NCBI GenBank assembly: GCA_964188305.1
Contig: OZ076895.1
Length of the DNA stretch: 64,000 nt
Source of the DNA: Podarcis bocagei
Taxonomy: Eukaryota
Reading direction: 5' to 3' (one strand)
Shown piece after piece: positions 60,745 to 64,000 of this stretch. Every line of letters begins with the position of its first letter. Within the stretch, counting starts at the first letter, position 1. The position numbers and the translations under genes were made by a program. The notes below the pieces were generated by a model. That model was given only the letters and a program-made list of their open reading frames with translations, was not told the origin of the DNA and made no database searches.

Positions 60745-63471
60745 GCTACATAACCACTTTGCAAGTCCCCTTGCCCAAAAAGGGGTTGCTAGTACAGTAC
60801 CATCAAGCTACACTGAAAATATGGGAACATATGAAGTTCCCTTATACCAAGTCAAACTGTTGATGCTCCTTGCTCACTCTGCTCTGATGCTCCCCAGGGT
60901 TTCAGACTGGGGACATTCCCATCTCTACCTGGAGTTACCTGGGGATTGAACCTGGGCCCATCTACAAGAAGATGCTCCAACGCAAGACATGTCAGTCTCT
61001 CTACTGATCATATTTGTGACCTTCCTTTGTGACCCTGGCACAACAGTATCTTGGTTTGAACCACAAGCCACCCTATTTGCATGGATTCCATATTCAGGGT
61101 CTTGCAGATCTCACTGCAGAAGAACGATAAAGGGACACCACCTGCACGTAGCCTTTTAAAATGCATTCCAAGTCCCAGGCAATACTCCACAGGAATATTT
61201 TATACTTCCTTATTGATTTTTAGACAGAAGTATATGTCAACAAACAAATCTCTTGCATCGGTTCACCTCTTTATTCAGATACAACCCTTATTTAGTTCAA
61301 TTGCATTTATTACTCCAACTCCCCATCCCCTAAGGGGTTGGAACGCCAAACAAACTAATAAATTACTAAAAGTATTTCCATATTTCACAGACAATTGTTT
61401 TGCAGGCTGATTCCTTAATAAGGTGTAAAGTGTTTGGGTGTGATTAATTGTCACTGTATAAGAGGCGATTGCTGCTGTTCAGAACACCACTCATGGCTTC
61501 CATCAAAATAAATATTGTCAGCAAACGACCTGAGAGGATAAAGATTCCTCCTTGGAGAATGACAGCCCATATTTCTGCCCATTTGGAGGGAAGTTCTGAA
61601 TGGTATCTGTGCACTTGCGGAAGTCTGCCAATTGGTATAAATAATATACCAGAGCCTTGGTCATGGGCCATCCCCTGACAGCTGCGGCAGAGCTGGTAGG
61701 CAGTGTGAGCCATTTCAACACAGGTTGTAGATGCCACCGAGTGCCTAGAAGCCGTGCCAAGGCAGGTTGGAAAGTGATAAGATTCTTGCATCACACTGGG
61801 ATAAATATACACCCTGCATGTAATTATATGGAAAGGAAGAGCTGTGCTGTGTGTCAGAAGAAAGTGAATTGATGGGTTAGGGGAGTCAGCGTGGGTGATT
61901 AATACAAAACTCATGTATTTTCCTTCCCTTTGTAATTTTTCTGTGTAGATCATGCCCCAAGGCTCTGTGACTGAGTCGGGACTCTTTAAATACTGAGGTT
62001 GGTATGTAGCTGGATTTGGGTGGGTGGCAATCAAAGTTGCTTTCCTCTTGCTGCCATATTCAGAACATGGTGCTGGTATCAGTGCACCGAACATTGTAGC
62101 TGCAATCCTAAATTGCACATTTAGGCTGCAATCCTATGCCTACTTCCCTGAGAGTAAGCCCCATTAAACTCCATGGGACTCACAACTGAATAGGTATGTA
62201 TAGAAGAATTGTGCTGTGTGTCGGCTATTGCTTGCTGTTGAACCATCATGGCAAAACCTTTCATGTGCTACTGAAGGTCAGTGGAGAGAAGGAATAATGA
62301 GGCTAAGCCGCCTGCTTTAATGTTTTCACTTGGTCCCCTTGTCTCACAGGAGAGCTAACACTAATGTACATTACTGTCAGAGCCAGAGGGTACTTATAAG
62401 TCCAGGCTGAGTAACTCATCTTTCCAACAGCAATGAGTTATTGCTTGCACTCATCATCCAAGGGATCAATAAATTTAGTAGACACCGTCACCCAACCTAG
62501 CATAAGAAAAAACTTCCAAAGCTTTTGATTCGCCTCTGAGCCTTGTTATTTTTCTTAGCTATATGCAACCTTGAGTGCCACAGGAAAACCCCATTGCAGT
62601 GAAATTTTATTTTAACTAACAGAAAATTAAGGAATACTGAAACTAGTGGAACCAAACCAAACCAAACCAAAGCAGGTTTTTATGAACATTGCTGTGCCTC
62701 TTGAAAGTGTCATTCATTTAGGGATTTTTTTCTTGGAGCACATATTAGAACACAGGTTCCCAAACTGTGGTCTCTGTACTTCGTTCAGGTAGTCTGTGAG
62801 ATGCCTGTGTCTTTGTGATTCAAGACAGGAGATGGCACATCCATCACAATATATAATATTTAATACTGGTTTTTGGTTGCATTTAGGTTGTGTAGAACCT
62901 GCCACATCATCAAGAAGCCTGTCAAATCAGGGTTGCTAACCATGTGCAGGATTTTACATGTGTTCAGCCACATGCACAAAGTTTACATCCAGGCCAGAGG
63001 ATGGTTCTGCCTGCCAACTTACTCTCAGGGTGCACTTGTAGGGAAACAGATGGGAGGCAAAACTAGAACTGGTTTGCTCTGCTTGTCATTGGCTCCGGGT
63101 GTGCCTGTCATTCACTTCTGTTGCAACTACTATTGGCCTGTCTGCCTCCTGCTGCACCAGTCCAGCTGGAATGCAGACTATTTTAAAAGTGTCTTAGCTG
63201 TGTTTCAAAAATAAGAAGTGGCTGCTGGAATGCTCAAATCAATTAATTCTGTTATATTATTCAGCTGTGACAACCTTTTTCCTAATTGTAATATTAGGAC
63301 TGTCACCAAACTACAAAAAATGTTGGTTGATTAATTTCATGATTAATTGATTGGTTAGTCAATTAAATGTGTGCCTAAACTTGGATGTGAATTTAAAAAA
63401 CAGTTCTAAAATAAAAAGCATTTCTTTTCCTGTTTTTAGGCGATACATGTTCAGCACCCAAGAGGCAATTG

Positions 63472-64000
63472 TGTCATGGACTTGTTGACCGCAGATGAAT
63501 GGTGGGAGGAACCAGGTGGTTAACCATCAAGGAAAGAAGGCTGTGAGCCCAGAAAGTGGTTCTGGGACAACAATGAGTGGTTAGAGGGAGAAGAGGGAGA
63601 AGACTGGAAAGAGGAGATGTTGGAAGCTGAAGAGGTAACAAGGCTTTGTGAGCTGGGAAAGTCTGGGGCATGGAGAAGTCCAGAATCAGAGGCAGAAGCC
63701 AAAGCTGGCAAGTGGAAGGAGGAAGGCCAAGAGGCAGACATGAGTCAGGCTGCTGAAGAGTCATGAGTGTCTCCCCATCTCCCAGAACCAGAAGAGGGCT
63801 GAAATGGGTGGAGCAGCCTAGACTGCATGTAGGGGCAGTCTCCAATTGCTTGGGGGGAAACCCAGGAGAGAAGGAGACTTACACGGCTGTGGGGAAACAG
63901 GGACTTTCAGTCTTGGCAACTGATTCATGGGGTAAGACTTACCAGGGAGCAGCTAATATTCTCATTAGGCCTGGCACTCAGCCAAGTCTGTGAAGATCAT
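63472..64000 (+). mobile_element. Solo-LTR-like purine-rich repeat, truncated by the window end
   Basis: Starts TGTCATGG; layout resembles 60283-60744 (purine-rich block, then ctcccagaaccagaagag). Confidence 0.5.

Noticed and set aside
61444-62118. 224-aa ORF (also 27985-28605 and 21745-22188)
   Set aside because: No recognisable domain or splice structure; chance ORFs or read-through into TE fragments.

Overview
Eukaryotic, repeat-rich, essentially non-coding vertebrate DNA. The repeat repertoire (Sauria-type SINEs, Squam-type tRNA SINEs, L2/CR1/RTE/L1/Rex-Babar LINE fragments, hAT and Tc1/mariner MITEs, solo LTRs) points to a squamate reptile, probably a lacertid lizard (inference). I found no intact host exon, rRNA, tRNA or CRISPR array, and most ORF-track entries are chance ORFs or TE fragments. 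The standout is 1-1605, a young Penelope-like element (PLE) locus built from palindromes. It has a head-to-head pair of 5'-truncated GIY-YIG 3' ends (palindrome of at least 1020 bp that runs off the window edge). This is followed by three pseudo-LTR copies arranged + / - / +, each carrying a minimal hammerhead-ribozyme-like core (CTGAAGA-stem II-GAAAC-GTC/GTT), and the locus ends in (TA)n. Other notable items: an intronless decayed SCAN-KRAB zinc-finger retrocopy (~36.2-37.0 kb), a hAT element apparently carrying a captured CpG-island/first-exon fragment (13259-13756), an unexplained 57-bp CpG-rich insert between 20-bp direct repeats (37556-37652), a Ty1/copia RNase H + PPT + LTR remnant, two CR1 copies sharing one internal deletion, a 5S-derived SINE, and several TE-free blocks that look like conserved enhancers. 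There is a 146-nt assembly gap at 51009-51154. All family names come from motif recognition by eye, not database searches.
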